This document shows positions 50,557-64,000 of a stretch of 64,000 nt of DNA, one piece after another (position 1 is the first letter of the stretch; each line of letters begins with the position of its first letter). The position numbers were made by a program, and so were the translations under genes. Location: positions 1,248,001 through 1,312,000 of the forward strand of contig OZ242318.1 of the NCBI GenBank assembly GCA_965208105.1, read 5' to 3'. The notes under the pieces were generated by a model. It was not told where the DNA came from. It saw nothing but the letters and a program-made list of their open reading frames with translations, and did not search any database. This DNA comes from Candidatus Latescibacterota bacterium (GTDB lineage Bacteria; Latescibacterota; UBA2968; UBA8231).

Positions 50557-50716
50557 TGTCCCGTCGCAGAGATAGGTTGACGAAATTGGACCACCGAGGC
50601 GCCCGGCTCACAAGGCGCCTGAGTGAGTCGTACCAGTGGTGTACGGCGAGTGAAGGCAACGCCGTGAGCCGGGATGGATCGGCGGAATAATGGCGACATA
50701 TTTCTGCGACGGGGCA
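50557..50716 (+). mobile_element. 160-bp MITE-like element, family A, copy 2
   Basis: TGTCCCGTCGCAGA...TCTGCGACGGGGCA followed by CTAG; roughly ten substitutions versus copy 1; lies between convergent bioA and bioB. Confidence 0.85.
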
Positions 50717-50900
50717 CTAGAACCCAGGCGTGCTCCGGTGCGGCTTCCCCAAGGAGACGATCATCGAGGAACGCAGGAGCAATGGTCGATGCCCGCCCGG
50801 GCCCAAACACACCCGGCGGCCGCGGAAAGGGATTGGGGAGGAGGGCGAGGGTTGGACAGGCTGGAGGGGCTTAGGACCGCGGTGGAGAATGTTCAGACCC

Positions 50901-51878
50901 TCAAAATCCCCCATCTCCGGCAGCGAGGGGAGGCCTGGGCCTGAGGTCCAGCAACCGGAGAAGGTCCGCGTCTTTCTCGGCCCCTGGATGGGGCGTCGTC
51001 AGGAGCCTGTCGCCGGAAAAAATGGAGTTGGCTCCGGCCAGAAAGCACAGGGCCTGTTCGGATTCGGAGAGCTGGTCCCTGCCCGCGGCAAGGCGCACCA
51101 TTGCCGTGGGAAGGAGGATGCGGGTCGAGGCCACCATGCGCAGCAGCTCCCAGACGGAGGTCCTCTCTCGGTCTTGCAGCGGGGTGCCGGCAATGGGAAC
51201 CAGGGCGTTGATGGGGACGGACTCCGGTGGACGGGCGAGGGAGGTGAGGGCGAGCAGCAAATCGATGCGGTCATCCGCGCTTTCCCCCATGCCCAGGATC
51301 CCGCCGCAGCATACGGAAATCCCCGCGTTGCCGACGTTGCGGAGAGTTTGCAACCTCTCCCCGTAGGTGTGGGTCCCGACGATGCTGGCGTAGTATTCTT
51401 CCCCGGTATCCAGGTTGTGATTGTAGGCGTGGAGGCCCGCATCCTTGAGCCGGTGGGCTTGCTCCTCGGTCAGCATACCGAGGGTACAGCAGACCTCCAG
51501 GCCAAGGGAGGAAACCTGCCGGACCATCTCGAGAGTGCGATCGAAGTCCGCGCCGTCGCGCACCTGTCTCCAGGCCGCGCCCATGCAAAAGCGGGTGCTT
51601 CCGTTCTCCCTTGCCTTGCGCGCGGCGTCCATTACCTCGTTCAGACCGAGCAGGGGCCCGCGCTCCAGTCCGGTATTGTAACGCGCCGACTGCGCACAGT
51701 ACCTGCAGTCCTCGGGACAACCGCCGGTCTTGATGGAGAGGAGGGTGCACACCTGGATTTCGCGAGGGTTGTGGTGCTCCCGGTGCACCACTGCGGCGCG
51801 GAAAACCAGGTCCAGGATGGGGCCGTGGTAGAGGCTCCTGATTTCCTCCCGGGCAGGTGTCTTCATCGTTGCGTTCAT
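50901..51878 (-). CDS. bioB: Biotin synthase (radical SAM)
   Basis: SIKTGGCPEDCRYCAQS (CxxxCxxC), RFCMGAAW, YNHNLDT, VPINAL, GANSIF. Start approximate (51884/51878/51866). Confidence 0.95.
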   Translation of the reverse strand: MNATMKTPAREEIRSLYHGPILDLVFRAAVVHREHHNPREIQVCTLLSIKTGGCPEDCRYCAQSARYNTGLERGPLLGLNEVMDAARKARENGSTRFCMGAAWRQVRDGADFDRTLEMVRQVSSLGLEVCCTLGMLTEEQAHRLKDAGLHAYNHNLDTGEEYYASIVGTHTYGERLQTLRNVGNAGISVCCGGILGMGESADDRIDLLLALTSLARPPESVPINALVPIAGTPLQDRERTSVWELLRMVASTRILLPTAMVRLAAGRDQLSESEQALCFLAGANSIFSGDRLLTTPHPGAEKDADLLRLLDLRPRPPLAAGDGGF

Positions 51879-52253
51879 CTGCACGGCGGCCGCCGGTTCA
51901 TGATGAAAGTTGAATTATTTCTCAAGTTGTCGTAAAATCTTGGACCGGGAATAAAGCAAGGTGATTTGCCGAGGGTTTGCAAGATTAATTAAATTAGCAG
52001 GTGGACGACAACAGGTTCAAATTCTAGGCCCCCAATTGCCGGCCTCCCATCTAATCCATTTTTCAACATATTAAAAAAACAACATGTTAAAATAAATTTA
52101 CGTCCCGTGTCCAGGGATCCTCTTCGGAGAAAGTCGGCAATTTACACCCCTCCCCGATTCCCCCCGTTTGATTGCTGGCAATTGACTTTTTTTGAAACCG
52201 TCAGATATTTCTATTTTTGTATTTTTTCAGGAATCCAGGCCGACACAACCTGA

Positions 52254-53611
<1,358 letters not shown>

Positions 53612-53612
<1 letters not shown>

Positions 53613-54823
53613 TGCAGTTCCTGAGAAGCTTCCTGGACTATGTAGAACCCCAGTTTAAAAAAGGCGGCAGGCTGGAGAGGCTTTACCCGGCCTACGAGGC
53701 GGTCGACACCTTCCTTTTCACCCCGGGTGAGGTAACCGGCGGCCCCTCCCACGTGCGCGATGGCCTGGATCTGAAGCGCATGATGATCACCGTGGTCGTC
53801 TCGCTGGTTCCCTGCATCTTCATGGCCATGTGGAACACCGGATACCAGATCCACCTGGCCATGGAGTCGATGGGGCTCGAATCCGCCGCCGGATGGCGTG
53901 GCGTCGTAATGGACGTTCTGGGATTCCCTTACGATTCCGGCAACTTTTTCTCCAATATCTTCCACGGCGCCCTCTATTTTCTCCCCGTGTTCCTGGTGTG
54001 CAACATCGTCGGCGGGACTTTGGAAGCCATTTTCTCCCTCATCCGCAAGCACGAGATCAACGAAGGATTTCTGGTCACGGGCATGCTCTTTCCGCTCACT
54101 CTGCCGCCCACCATCCCTTTGTGGCAGGTGGCCATGGGCATCGCCTTCGGTGTGATCATCGGCAAAGAGGTGTTCGGCGGGACCGGCAAAAACTTTCTCA
54201 ACCCCGCCCTGACAGGGCGCGCCTTTCTCTACTTTGCCTATCCCGCCGAGATAACAGGCGATGCCATCTGGGTAGCCGTCGACGGATACACCCGGGCCAC
54301 CCCTCTGGGTCTGGTGCCCGCCGACGGGATAGCCGCCCACACCGGCTCGATGAGCATGATGGAGGCTTTCCTCGGCACCATCCCGGGATCCATGGGAGAG
54401 ACTTCCGTCCTCGCCTGCCTGATCGGCGCGATAGTTCTCATCGCCACCGGCATCGGGTCCTGGCGCATCATGCTGAGCATGACCATTGGCGCGGTGGCCA
54501 TGTCCGCCCTGCTCCACGCCGTGGGCAGCGCTACCAATCCCATGTTCTCGGTGAGCCCGGTGTGGCATCTGTTACTGGGAGGATTCGTCTTCGGCGCTGT
54601 CTTCATGGCAACCGATCCGGTTTCGGCGGCAATGACGGATACGGGCAAGTGGTTCTATGGGTCGCTCATCGGGGTCATGACCATCCTCATCAGGGTAGTC
54701 AACCCCGCTTTCCCCGAGGGGGTCATGCTGGCCATCCTCTTCGGCAACGTTTTCGCTCCGGTAATCGATCACTTCGTAGTTCAGGCCAATATCAGGCGCC
54801 GGCTGCTGCGCACCGCCAACTGA
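53612..54823 (+). CDS. nqrB: Na(+)-NQR subunit B
   Basis: [32 protein letters not shown] Thr in [19 protein letters not shown]. Confidence 0.95.
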
Positions 54824-54846
54824 GACTTATGAAAGAGGGTTGCTAA

Positions 54847-55629
54847 GTGCCCAAGGAAACTATTGGAAAAACCTTTCTGGTAGCCTTGTTGCTTTGCGTC
54901 GTCTGCTCTGTGCTGGTCTCGGCCGCCGCGGTGTACCTGCGCCCGACCCAGGCAGCCAACAAGAACCTCGACAGAAAGAAAAATATTCTCATGGCCGCCG
55001 ATCTCCTGAAGGAAGGCCTGAGCGTGGAGGAGGCCTTCAAGAGTATCGAGCCCAGAGTTGTGAATCTCGCCACCGGTGAGTACGTAGAGGATATCGATGC
55101 GGAAAGCTACGACCAGCGCAGGGCGGCCCGGGAGCCGGCCGAAAGCGAGGTGATCCCTCCCTCGGAGGATATAGCCAGCGTCAGAAGGAAAGCCAAACGG
55201 GCCTCGGTGTACCTCATCTACAGGGGCGACGAAGTCCGAAAGATCATTTTGCCCCTGCACGGGTTAGGCCTGTGGTCGACCCTCTACGGCTTCGTCGCCT
55301 TGGACGCGCGCGACCTGAACACCATCCGGGGGCTGGTCTACTACGAACACGGAGAAACGCCGGGCCTGGGGGGAGAGGTGGACAACCCCGCCTGGAAAGC
55401 TCTGTGGAACGGCAAGCAGGTTTTCGATCAGAACGGCAATGTTCGCATTGAAGTCGTAAAGGGCAAGGTAGTTCCCAACCGGCCCGAAGCCAGGTACCAG
55501 GTCGACGGTCTTTCCGGTGCGACCATTACCTCTCGGGGGGTCAGCAATATGCTGAGGTACTGGCTGGGCGAGGACGGTTTCGGTCCATACCTGGACCGGC
55601 TGAAAGCTCAGGGAGCAAGACATGGCTAA
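54847..55629 (+). CDS. nqrC: Na(+)-NQR subunit C
   Basis: [25 protein letters not shown] (FMN-binding Thr). Confidence 0.95.
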   Translation: MPKETIGKTFLVALLLCVVCSVLVSAAAVYLRPTQAANKNLDRKKNILMAADLLKEGLSVEEAFKSIEPRVVNLATGEYVEDIDAESYDQRRAAREPAESEVIPPSEDIASVRRKAKRASVYLIYRGDEVRKIILPLHGLGLWSTLYGFVALDARDLNTIRGLVYYEHGETPGLGGEVDNPAWKALWNGKQVFDQNGNVRIEVVKGKVVPNRPEARYQVDGLSGATITSRGVSNMLRYWLGEDGFGPYLDRLKAQGARHG

Positions 55630-56248
55630 AGCTAAAGACACTCTGCTCGATCCACTTTTGAACAACAATCCCATCGCTTTGCAGATACTTGGAATCTGCT
55701 CCGCCCTGGCGGTTACCAGCAAGCTGGAGACGGCCATAGTAATGTCGATGGCGGTCACCTTCGTCCTCGGCTTTTCCAACATAGGCGTGAGCCTGATCCG
55801 CAATCACATCCCGACGAATATCCGCATTATCGTACAGATGACGATCATTGCCTCCCTTGTCATCATCGTCGATCAATTCCTCCGGGCCTATGCCTTCGAT
55901 ATCAGCAAGCAGTTGTCCGTTTTCGTCGGTTTGATCATAACCAATTGCATCATCATGGGACGAGCGGAAGCCTTTGCCATGAAGAACGGGGTGGGCATGA
56001 GCTTTCTCGACGGCATAGGCAATGCCATCGGCTACAGCCTCATTCTGCTCGTGGTCGGCGTTTGCCGCGAACTCTTTGGAACCGGCAAACTTCTCGGCCT
56101 TCAAATTTTTTCCGTGCTCGCAGAGGGCGGCTGGTACGCCCCCAACGGCCTGATGCTGCTGCCCCCCAGCGCCTTTTTCATAATCGGCGTGTTCATCTGG
56201 GTGCTGAGGAGCTTCAAGGTCGAGCAAGTAGAAGAGGAGAGGCATTGA
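55622..56248 (+). CDS. nqrD: Na(+)-NQR subunit D
   Basis: [38 protein letters not shown]. Confidence 0.95.
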   Translation: MAKAKDTLLDPLLNNNPIALQILGICSALAVTSKLETAIVMSMAVTFVLGFSNIGVSLIRNHIPTNIRIIVQMTIIASLVIIVDQFLRAYAFDISKQLSVFVGLIITNCIIMGRAEAFAMKNGVGMSFLDGIGNAIGYSLILLVVGVCRELFGTGKLLGLQIFSVLAEGGWYAPNGLMLLPPSAFFIIGVFIWVLRSFKVEQVEEERH

Positions 56249-56249
56249 G

Positions 56250-56861
56250 ATGCTGGAAGCCTACCTGAACCTGTTCGTCAAGGCGATATTCGTCGAAAAT
56301 ATGGCACTGGCCTTCTTCCTGGGCATGTGCACCTTTCTGGCCGTTTCGAAAAAGGTGAACACCGCGGCAGGCCTAGGCCTGGCGGTTATCGTGGTCCAGG
56401 GTATCACGGTCCCGGCCAACAATTTGGTATACCGCCACCTGCTCAAGGAAGACGCCCTCGCCTGGGCTGGCCTGTCGGGAGTGGACCTGACCTTCGTCGG
56501 GCTGATCAGCTACATCGGCATGATCGCCGCCATGGTGCAGATCCTCGAGATGTTCCTGGACAAGTTCGTGCCGTCGCTCTACAACGCCCTGGGTATCTTC
56601 CTGCCGCTCATCACGGTCAACTGCGCCATCCTTGGGGGTTCTCTCTTCATGGTCGAACGCGATTACAACTTCGGCGAGAGCGTGGTCTTCGGACTGGGGT
56701 CGGGAGTAGGTTGGGCCCTCGCCATCGTGGCCCTGGCAGGTGTGCGCGAGAAGATGAAGTACAGCGACGTTCCGCCGGGGCTGCGCGGGTTGGGCATTAC
56801 ATTTATTACCGTTGGCCTGATGTCACTGGCGTTCATGTCGTTCGGCGGGATTCAGCTATAG
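56250..56861 (+). CDS. nqrE: Na(+)-NQR subunit E
   Basis: [36 protein letters not shown]. Confidence 0.95.
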   Translation: MLEAYLNLFVKAIFVENMALAFFLGMCTFLAVSKKVNTAAGLGLAVIVVQGITVPANNLVYRHLLKEDALAWAGLSGVDLTFVGLISYIGMIAAMVQILEMFLDKFVPSLYNALGIFLPLITVNCAILGGSLFMVERDYNFGESVVFGLGSGVGWALAIVALAGVREKMKYSDVPPGLRGLGITFITVGLMSLAFMSFGGIQL

Positions 56862-56936
56862 GAGCCCATCTCCTCCGCCAGCCTCGAGGTGGCCACAGCG
56901 CATGGATTCCATGGAAGGGTAGAAAGGTTCCGTCTA

Positions 56937-58175
56937 ATGATTGAGATCAGTGCGGGCGTTGGCATGTTTACCGGGGTGGTGCTGTTCCTGGTGGCCATCA
57001 TCCTCGCGGCCCGGTCCAGGCTCGTGGCCAGCGGCAACGTCAATATTCTCATCAACGACGATGCCGAGAAGGCAATCTCGGTCCCGACCGGCGGCAAACT
57101 GCTCAACGTGCTGGCGGACAACAAGGTCTTCGTTTCGTCCGCCTGTGGGGGAGGCGGGACCTGTGCCCAGTGCAAGGTTCATGTTCACGAAGGCGGCGGC
57201 GATATCCTGGCCACCGAAATGGAGCACATATCCAAGCGCGAGGCCAGGGAAGGAATGCGGCTCTCATGCCAGGTCAATGTCAAGCAGGATATGAGAATCG
57301 AGGTCCCGCCCGAGGTCTTTTCGGTCAGGAGGTGGGAGTGCGAGGTGGTCTCCAACGAAAACGTGGCCACCTTTATCAAGGAGTTGGTACTCAAACTCCC
57401 GGAAGGAGAAACCCTGGACTTCCAACCCGGCGGTTTTATCCAGATCGAGGTCCCCCCCTTCGAATGCAGTTTCAGAGAATTCGACATCGAGGAAGAGTAC
57501 CACCCCGATTGGGACCGCTTCAAGGTGTGGGATCTCAAGACGGTCAACAGTGAGCAGGTATTCCGCGCTTACTCCATGGCGAACCATCCGGCTGAGGGCG
57601 ATATGGTCATGTTGAACATCCGCATTGCCACGCCGCCGCCGGACCGCGAAAGGGGAGGATGGATGAATTACAATCCAGGGATTGTCTCCTCCTATACCTT
57701 CAATCTCAAGCCGGGCGACAAGACCACCATTTCGGGTTCGTTCGGCGAGTTCTTCATCCAGGATACGGACCGCGAAATGCTCTACATTGGGGGCGGTGCG
57801 GGCATGGCCCCCCTGCGCTCCCATATCTTTCACCTCTTTCACACCTTGGATACCAGCCGCAGGGTGTCCTACTGGTACGGCGCGCGTTCCCTCAAGGAAC
57901 TGTTCTACGAGGACCACTTTCGCAAGATTGAAAAGGAGTTTCCCAACTTCTCCTTTCACGTGGCCATGTCCGAACCGCTGCCGGAAGACGACTGGAAAGG
58001 GCACGTGGGGTTCATCCACCAGGTGGTTCTGGAAAACTACCTGGAAAAGCACCCGGCTCCTGAGGATATTGAGTACTATCTGTGCGGTCCGCCCCTCATG
58101 CTGCAGGCGGTTCTCAAAATGCTGGACGATCTGGGCGTCGAATCCGATATGATTCGCTTCGACGATTTTGGTTGA
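56937..58175 (+). CDS. nqrF: Na(+)-NQR subunit F
   Basis: 2Fe-2S motif [10 protein letters not shown]...[26 protein letters not shown], terminal DDFG. Confidence 0.96.
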   Translation: MIEISAGVGMFTGVVLFLVAIILAARSRLVASGNVNILINDDAEKAISVPTGGKLLNVLADNKVFVSSACGGGGTCAQCKVHVHEGGGDILATEMEHISKREAREGMRLSCQVNVKQDMRIEVPPEVFSVRRWECEVVSNENVATFIKELVLKLPEGETLDFQPGGFIQIEVPPFECSFREFDIEEEYHPDWDRFKVWDLKTVNSEQVFRAYSMANHPAEGDMVMLNIRIATPPPDRERGGWMNYNPGIVSSYTFNLKPGDKTTISGSFGEFFIQDTDREMLYIGGGAGMAPLRSHIFHLFHTLDTSRRVSYWYGARSLKELFYEDHFRKIEKEFPNFSFHVAMSEPLPEDDWKGHVGFIHQVVLENYLEKHPAPEDIEYYLCGPPLMLQAVLKMLDDLGVESDMIRFDDFG

Positions 58176-58186
58176 GGAGGCAGGAA

Positions 58187-58384
58187 GTGAGTTTATTTCT
58201 CGCCGCTATCACGGTTTTCGGACTCGTAATGGCGGGCATGGCCGTTGGGGTGATATTCAGCAACCGCCGCATCAAAGGTTCGTGCGGCGGCCTGAGCACC
58301 ATGAGCGATGAGTTGGGTGAGCCCATGTGCGAATGCGGGGCAGCCCCGGGGTCCTGCGGGGAAGCCGAGTTGGAGACGAGCTGA
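58187..58384 (+). CDS. nqrM: Na(+)-NQR maturation protein NqrM (DUF539)
   Basis: A single TM segment followed by [17 protein letters not shown] and Cys-rich CEC...C. GTG start after GAGGAGG. Confidence 0.85.
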   Translation: MSLFLAAITVFGLVMAGMAVGVIFSNRRIKGSCGGLSTMSDELGEPMCECGAAPGSCGEAELETS

Positions 58385-58408
58385 GCACTGCCGGCGGTTT
58401 TGATCTAG

Positions 58409-58568
58409 TGCCCCGTCGCAGGAATTTGTCGCCATTTTTCCGCCGATCCATCCCGGGCTGCGGCGTTGCCTTCACTCGCCGTCCACCACTGGTACGACTC
58501 GCTCAGGCGCCTTGTGATCCGGGCGCCTCGGCGGCCCAATTGCGTCAACCTATCTCTGCGACGGGACA
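58409..58568 (-). mobile_element. 160-bp MITE-like element, family A, copy 3 (inverted)
   Basis: Reverse complement of copies 1 and 2, flanked by CTAG on both sides (58405-58408, 58569-58572). Confidence 0.85.
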
Positions 58569-58572
58569 CTAG

Positions 58573-58601
58573 CGGCGGGCGGTGGTCCGCCGTTTTTCTT
58601 T
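58573..58601 (+). terminator. Probable intrinsic terminator of the nqr operon
   Basis: Stem CGGCGGGC/GTCCGCCG with a 4-nt loop, followed by TTTTTCTTT. Confidence 0.6.
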
Positions 58602-58622
58602 GACGGTAGAACTGAATAAGCC

Positions 58623-58862
58623 ATGCCAGAAAAGAGGGAGGGCGCGTACTCCGAAATCGGGACCTACGCGAGTTCGGGCATTCAGTTCGCGGTGACGGTC
58701 CTACTCTTTCTGGCGGGCGGTTGGTGGCTGGACGACTATCTAGCGACCACGCCGCTCTTTCTCTTGTTGGGTACCCTGATCGGCGCGGCAGGCGGATTTT
58801 ACAAACTCTATCGGACGCTGATGGACTTGGATGAGCGGCGCAAGCGGGAGGACGGACCGTGA
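58623..58862 (+). CDS. AtpZ/AtpI-family small membrane protein (ATP synthase gene 1)
   Basis: GIQFAV...GWWLD..L.T.PLF.L.G pattern; first gene of the atp cluster. Confidence 0.8.
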   Translation: MPEKREGAYSEIGTYASSGIQFAVTVLLFLAGGWWLDDYLATTPLFLLLGTLIGAAGGFYKLYRTLMDLDERRKREDGP

Positions 58863-59149
58863 AGTGGGACAGCATCGCCGCTGGCTTGGCGGTCGCCGGG
58901 CTCAACGGAGCGCTCGCGCTGGCGGCGATTCGCTGGGGATGGAGCAAGGGCATGCAGGTCTTTGTGGTCGCCTTCTTCGGGGGAATGGTCGCGAGGTTTG
59001 TCGCGGTGGCCGTCCTGTCGGTAGTGGTGCTCAGATGGGCTGAGATCCATGCCGAAAGTTACTTCGTCGCGCTGGTGGCTGCGTACTTGCTTTTTCTCGC
59101 GTTTGAAATCTTTTACGTACTCAAGTTACAAGGCCGTTCAAAGCGCTAG
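58859..59149 (+). CDS. AtpI-like membrane protein
   Basis: Three or four hydrophobic segments and a GGM..RF motif; overlaps the previous gene and precedes atpB. Confidence 0.65.
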   Translation: MKWDSIAAGLAVAGLNGALALAAIRWGWSKGMQVFVVAFFGGMVARFVAVAVLSVVVLRWAEIHAESYFVALVAAYLLFLAFEIFYVLKLQGRSKR

Positions 59150-59165
59150 AAGCGCCCATGAGGTG

Positions 59166-59194
59166 TTGACAGGAATTTACGGCCTAATTAATTT
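59166..59194 (+). promoter_or_regulatory. Internal sigma70-type promoter upstream of atpB
   Basis: TTGACA-17 bp-TAATTT in the AT-rich gap before atpB. Confidence 0.55.
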
Positions 59195-59253
59195 ATCTGG
59201 TTGGTTACTGCGACAGATTCCCTCCTATTTTTGGATATTTCACAAGGCAGTAC

Positions 59254-60344
<1,091 letters not shown>

Positions 60345-60354
60345 CGCAAGCGCT

Positions 60355-60846
60355 ATGTTACTCGATCCCCATGTGGGGCTCATAATATGGACGATCATCA
60401 CCTTTTTGGTGGTGCTTTTCGTCCTCAAAAGATTCGCTTGGCCCCACCTTCTGGCGGCCCTCGACGAGCGCGAGCAACGCATCAGCGACGCAATCGCCGC
60501 GGCTGAGCAGGCGCGCCAAGAGTCCGAAGAGGTCTTGCGCGAGCACCGGCAGAAGCTCGCCGCAGCCGATGAAGAGGCGCGGCAGGTCGTCGCCGAGGCC
60601 CGCGAGGCCGGGGCAAACCTGCGGCAGACAATCGTCTCCCAGGCGCGGGAAGAGGCGGAGCGGATGCTCGAACAGGCGCGGACCAGTATCGAAAGCGAGA
60701 AGCGCGCTGCCATCGCCGAGCTGCGCCGCGAGACGGCCAGTCTCGCGGTTCAAGCCGCTGGTGCGCTGATCGACGCCAATTTGGACGACGAGAAAAACCG
60801 CGGCCTCGTCGACGACTTTATAGCCAGAATTCCCGAATCCAATTGA
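60355..60846 (+). CDS. atpF: F0F1 ATP synthase subunit b
   Basis: N-terminal TM (WTIITFLVVLFVLKRFAW) followed by a coiled coil. Confidence 0.92.
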   Translation: MLLDPHVGLIIWTIITFLVVLFVLKRFAWPHLLAALDEREQRISDAIAAAEQARQESEEVLREHRQKLAAADEEARQVVAEAREAGANLRQTIVSQAREEAERMLEQARTSIESEKRAAIAELRRETASLAVQAAGALIDANLDDEKNRGLVDDFIARIPESN

Positions 60847-60868
60847 ACGCCATCGCGCGAGCAGGACA

Positions 60869-61405
60869 ATGAACGCACCCGAAGTAGTGCGACGCTACGC
60901 GGCTACGCTGCTGGAGGCCGCCGATGAAACGGGCGCGACCGCAGCGGTGCAGCGCGACGTCGAGCGACTTTTGGAGACCGTGCGCCAATCCGGCGAGTTG
61001 GCCGAGTTTTTGGCCAATCCTCTGGCCGACAGCCAAGCGCAAGCCAATGTCCTGCGGGAGCTCTTCAGCGGCAAGGTCGAGGTGCTGACCCTGAATTTTC
61101 TCCGGCTCATGGCTATCAGGGGCCGCGCTTCTATTATCGGCGCGGCCCTCGAAAGTTTTCTCGATCAGGTCGCCGAGCGCGAGGGCATAATCAGTGCTGA
61201 GGTGCGCTCGGCCGTGGCGTTGAGTGAGGAGCAGTGCCAGCGCCTGCGGGAGCGCTTGGAGCGCCGCAGCGGCCGCACCGTGCGCTTGGATGTCCAGGTC
61301 GATGCCAGTTTGCGGGGCGGCGCGATCGTCCGCGTCGGCGACACCGTATTCGACGGCAGCGTGAACACCTATCTGGAGCGCCTGCAAGCGCGTCTGGCCG
61401 GTTAG
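60869..61405 (+). CDS. atpH: F0F1 ATP synthase subunit delta
   Basis: [25 protein letters not shown]. Confidence 0.92.
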   Translation: MNAPEVVRRYAATLLEAADETGATAAVQRDVERLLETVRQSGELAEFLANPLADSQAQANVLRELFSGKVEVLTLNFLRLMAIRGRASIIGAALESFLDQVAEREGIISAEVRSAVALSEEQCQRLRERLERRSGRTVRLDVQVDASLRGGAIVRVGDTVFDGSVNTYLERLQARLAG

Positions 61406-61419
61406 TCACAGGAGGATCT

Positions 61420-62952
61420 ATGGCCACCGAAACGATGGTTCAGCCCGATGAGATTTCCCAAATTCTCAAGCAACAGCTACTGGGCTTTGAAAAAGAAATA
61501 GACGTATTCGAGTCAGGTACCGTGCTCTATGTCGGCGATGGCACCGCCCGCGTCCACGGTCTGAGCAACGTGCGGGCCACCGAATTGGTGGAATTCCCTC
61601 ACGGCATCATGGGCATGGCCCTCAACCTCGAAGAAGACAACGTCGGCTGTGTACTCTTCGGCGAGGACACCCTGATCAACGAAGGCGACCAAGTAAAGCG
61701 CACCGACCGCATCGTCGAAGTGCCAGTTGGCGAGGCTCTCTTGGGCCGGGTCGTCAATCCCTTGGGCATGCCCATTGACGGCAAGGGCGACATCCAAGCT
61801 GACGAGAGCGTGCCGGTCGAGCGCAAAGCCCCGGGCGTCATCGACCGCCAGCCGGTTAGCGAGGCCCTGCAGACGGGCATTAAAATCATCGACTCGACCG
61901 TTCCCATCGGCCGCGGTCAGCGCGAGTTGATCATCGGCGATCGCCAGACGGGCAAGACGGCCATTGCCGTTGATACCATCATCAACCAGCGCGACCAAGA
62001 CGTCAAGTGCATCTACGTGGCCATCGGCCAGAAGGCCTCAACCGTGGCCAAGTTGGTGGCCGAACTGGAAGCCAATGGTGCCATGGAGTACACTATCGTG
62101 GTCTCGGCCACGGCGTCCGATCCGGCACCTTTGCAGTTTTTGGCACCCTATGCCGGTGCTTCGATGGGCGAGTACTTCCGCGATAATGGTCAGCACGCCC
62201 TGATCATCTACGACGATCTGTCCAAACAGGCTTGGGCCTACCGCGAGATGTCGCTGATCTTGCGCCGGCCCCCGGGCCGCGAAGCCTATCCGGGCGACGT
62301 GTTCTACTTGCACTCGCGCCTGCTGGAGCGCGCGGCCAAGATGAGCGATGAGAAGGGCGGCGGATCGCTGACGGCCCTGCCGATTATCGAGATTCTCGAA
62401 GGCGACGTATCGACTTTTATACCCACCAACGTCATCTCGATTACCGATGGCCAGATCCTGCTCAAACCCGAGTTGTTCTACTCGGGGAACAGGCCGGCCA
62501 TGGACGTGGGAGCCTCGGTGTCGCGCGTGGGCAGCGATGCCCAGACCAGGGCGATGAAAGCAGTGGCCAAGACCATCAAGGGCGATATTTCGCGCTACAA
62601 CGAAGTCAAGGCGTTCGCTCAATTCGGCACTTCGGGTTTGGACCAAGCCACGCGCAATCTGCTCAACCGCGGCGAGAAGCTGATGGAAATCCTCAAGCAG
62701 GATCAGTTCTCTCCGCAGTCGCTGGCCGAACTGACGGTTGCGCTGTCGATCATCGACCACGTACTCGATCTGCCCACGGCCGACATAGGCCGCTTTGAAG
62801 CCGAGTTGCTGGCCTACATGCGGGATCACCAGGCCGAGCTTATGGAGGAGATCTACGAGAGTCGAGATTTGAGCGACGAAACTAGGGAAAAGCTCGACGC
62901 GGCGATCGAAGAGTTCAAGGGTGGCTTCCGTCCCTCTGCGGGAGCTGACTAA
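61420..62952 (+). CDS. atpA: F0F1 ATP synthase subunit alpha
   Basis: [51 protein letters not shown]. Confidence 0.96.
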   Translation: MATETMVQPDEISQILKQQLLGFEKEIDVFESGTVLYVGDGTARVHGLSNVRATELVEFPHGIMGMALNLEEDNVGCVLFGEDTLINEGDQVKRTDRIVEVPVGEALLGRVVNPLGMPIDGKGDIQADESVPVERKAPGVIDRQPVSEALQTGIKIIDSTVPIGRGQRELIIGDRQTGKTAIAVDTIINQRDQDVKCIYVAIGQKASTVAKLVAELEANGAMEYTIVVSATASDPAPLQFLAPYAGASMGEYFRDNGQHALIIYDDLSKQAWAYREMSLILRRPPGREAYPGDVFYLHSRLLERAAKMSDEKGGGSLTALPIIEILEGDVSTFIPTNVISITDGQILLKPELFYSGNRPAMDVGASVSRVGSDAQTRAMKAVAKTIKGDISRYNEVKAFAQFGTSGLDQATRNLLNRGEKLMEILKQDQFSPQSLAELTVALSIIDHVLDLPTADIGRFEAELLAYMRDHQAELMEEIYESRDLSDETREKLDAAIEEFKGGFRPSAGAD

Positions 62953-62955
62953 GAA

Positions 62956-63810
62956 GTGGCTACCCTTCGCGAACTCAGGACGCGCGTCGCCAGCATCACC
63001 AATATCCAGCGCGTCACAAACGCCATGCAGATGGTGGCGGCGGCCAAGATGCGCCGCGCTCAGGCGGCGATTTTAGCTGCCCGGCCGTACGCCCAGCGAC
63101 TGGACCAAGTACTGAAAGCGCTGCATCAGAGCGTCGATGTCTACGAGCAGCCGCTCTTTGCGGTTCGCCCGGTTCAGCGCGTTGTGCTGGTGGTCATAAC
63201 CTCCGATCGCGGTCTCTGCGGTGCCTTTAACACCAACCTGTGCCGTCGGGTTCAGGACGAGTTGGACGAGTATGTAGACGCCCAACCTGAGTTGATCACC
63301 ATCGGGAACAAGGGCTGGGACTTCTTCAGCCATCGCGGCTACTCAATCTCCCGCCATCACGCCGATGTGTTCAACCAGCTCGAGTTAGTTCGCGCTGCGG
63401 ATATAGCTCAGGATCTAACGAGTCGCTTTGCCGCTGGCCAGACCGACCGGGTGTTGCTCTGCTATAGCGAATACTCCTCTGTCACTTCCCAAGTGCCAAC
63501 CGTCCGCCAGCTCCTGCCCATCGCGCCCGAAGAGGAAACAGGTGAGAGTGCCAAGTACGCCTTCGAGCCATCTCCCGAGGTCCTGTTGGGCACCTTGGTT
63601 GAGCGTCAGATCAACTTCCAGGTATGGCGCGCTCTGCTGGAGTCAAATGTGGGCTTTTTCGCCGCCCAGATGATGGCGATGGACAACGCCACTAAGAACG
63701 CCAGAGACATGATCGAGGATCTGACCCGCGAAATGAACAAGGAGCGGCAGGCCTCGATAACTCTCGAATTGATGGACATTATCGGCGGTGCCGAGGCTGT
63801 GGCTCAATAG
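62956..63810 (+). CDS. atpG: F0F1 ATP synthase subunit gamma
   Basis: AMQMVAAAK, SDRGLCGAFN, MDNATKNA, RQASITLEL. Confidence 0.96.
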   Translation: MATLRELRTRVASITNIQRVTNAMQMVAAAKMRRAQAAILAARPYAQRLDQVLKALHQSVDVYEQPLFAVRPVQRVVLVVITSDRGLCGAFNTNLCRRVQDELDEYVDAQPELITIGNKGWDFFSHRGYSISRHHADVFNQLELVRAADIAQDLTSRFAAGQTDRVLLCYSEYSSVTSQVPTVRQLLPIAPEEETGESAKYAFEPSPEVLLGTLVERQINFQVWRALLESNVGFFAAQMMAMDNATKNARDMIEDLTREMNKERQASITLELMDIIGGAEAVAQ

Positions 63811-63834
63811 CGCTGTTTACTACGCGAGGTAAAA

Positions 63835-64000
63835 ATGAAAGAAGGAACGATCAAAGAAATCATCGGCGTCGTTATTGATGTTGATTTCGCCGGGCAGGAA
63901 CTGCCGCCCATCTACAACGCCATGGAGGTGGTCGCAGAAGACCGCCCAAGCCAAGAGCGCCTAGTCCTCGAAGTACAGCAGCACTTGGGCGAGCACGTGG
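63835..64000 (+). CDS. atpD: F0F1 ATP synthase subunit beta, N-terminal fragment (runs off window edge)
   Basis: Manual translation [18 protein letters not shown]...LPPIYNA...[10 protein letters not shown]. Confidence 0.9.
   Translation, partial: MKEGTIKEIIGVVIDVDFAGQELPPIYNAMEVVAEDRPSQERLVLEVQQHLGEHV

Noticed and set aside
50720-50900. Possible gene remnant (e.g. bioC) between MITE copy 2 and bioB
   Set aside because: No frame shows a methyltransferase or any other recognisable motif.
59228-59245. Rex-like operator half site (ATATTTCACAA) before atpB
   Set aside because: Only the right half matches TTGTGAA-N4-TTCACAA; the left half has several mismatches.

Overview
A GC-rich bacterial chromosomal window with dense coding and no rRNA, tRNA, CRISPR array or transposase that I can see. 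The gene content resembles marine FCB-group candidate phyla such as Latescibacterota or Poribacteria-like sponge symbionts, which is an inference. 1-22.4 kb is a mostly minus-strand cluster of apparently cytoplasmic carbohydrate/acid-catabolic enzymes: two heparinase II/III-like proteins, four related Asp-box beta-propeller proteins, an amidohydrolase pair, Gfo/Idh/MocA, MDR and Ldh_2 dehydrogenases, DUF1080, an HpcH aldolase and a PhyH dioxygenase. 22.7-35.3 kb holds a Tm-1-like/PEP-hydrolase/SDR operon, pepA, a histidine phosphatase-mutarotase-serC unit, mutY with an intact Nudix box, a DedA protein and a TPR lytic transglycosylase. 35.4-64 kb is central metabolism: aceE-aceF-lpdA-aceE, an AGCS symporter, panB, bioF-(BioK/BioH-like)-bioD-bioA with convergent bioB, nqrABCDEF-nqrM without apbE, and the F1Fo operon running off the edge in atpD. 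The most unusual non-coding signal is a 160-bp inverted-repeat element in three copies, plus a fourth ~162-bp element with different termini but the same internal structured core.
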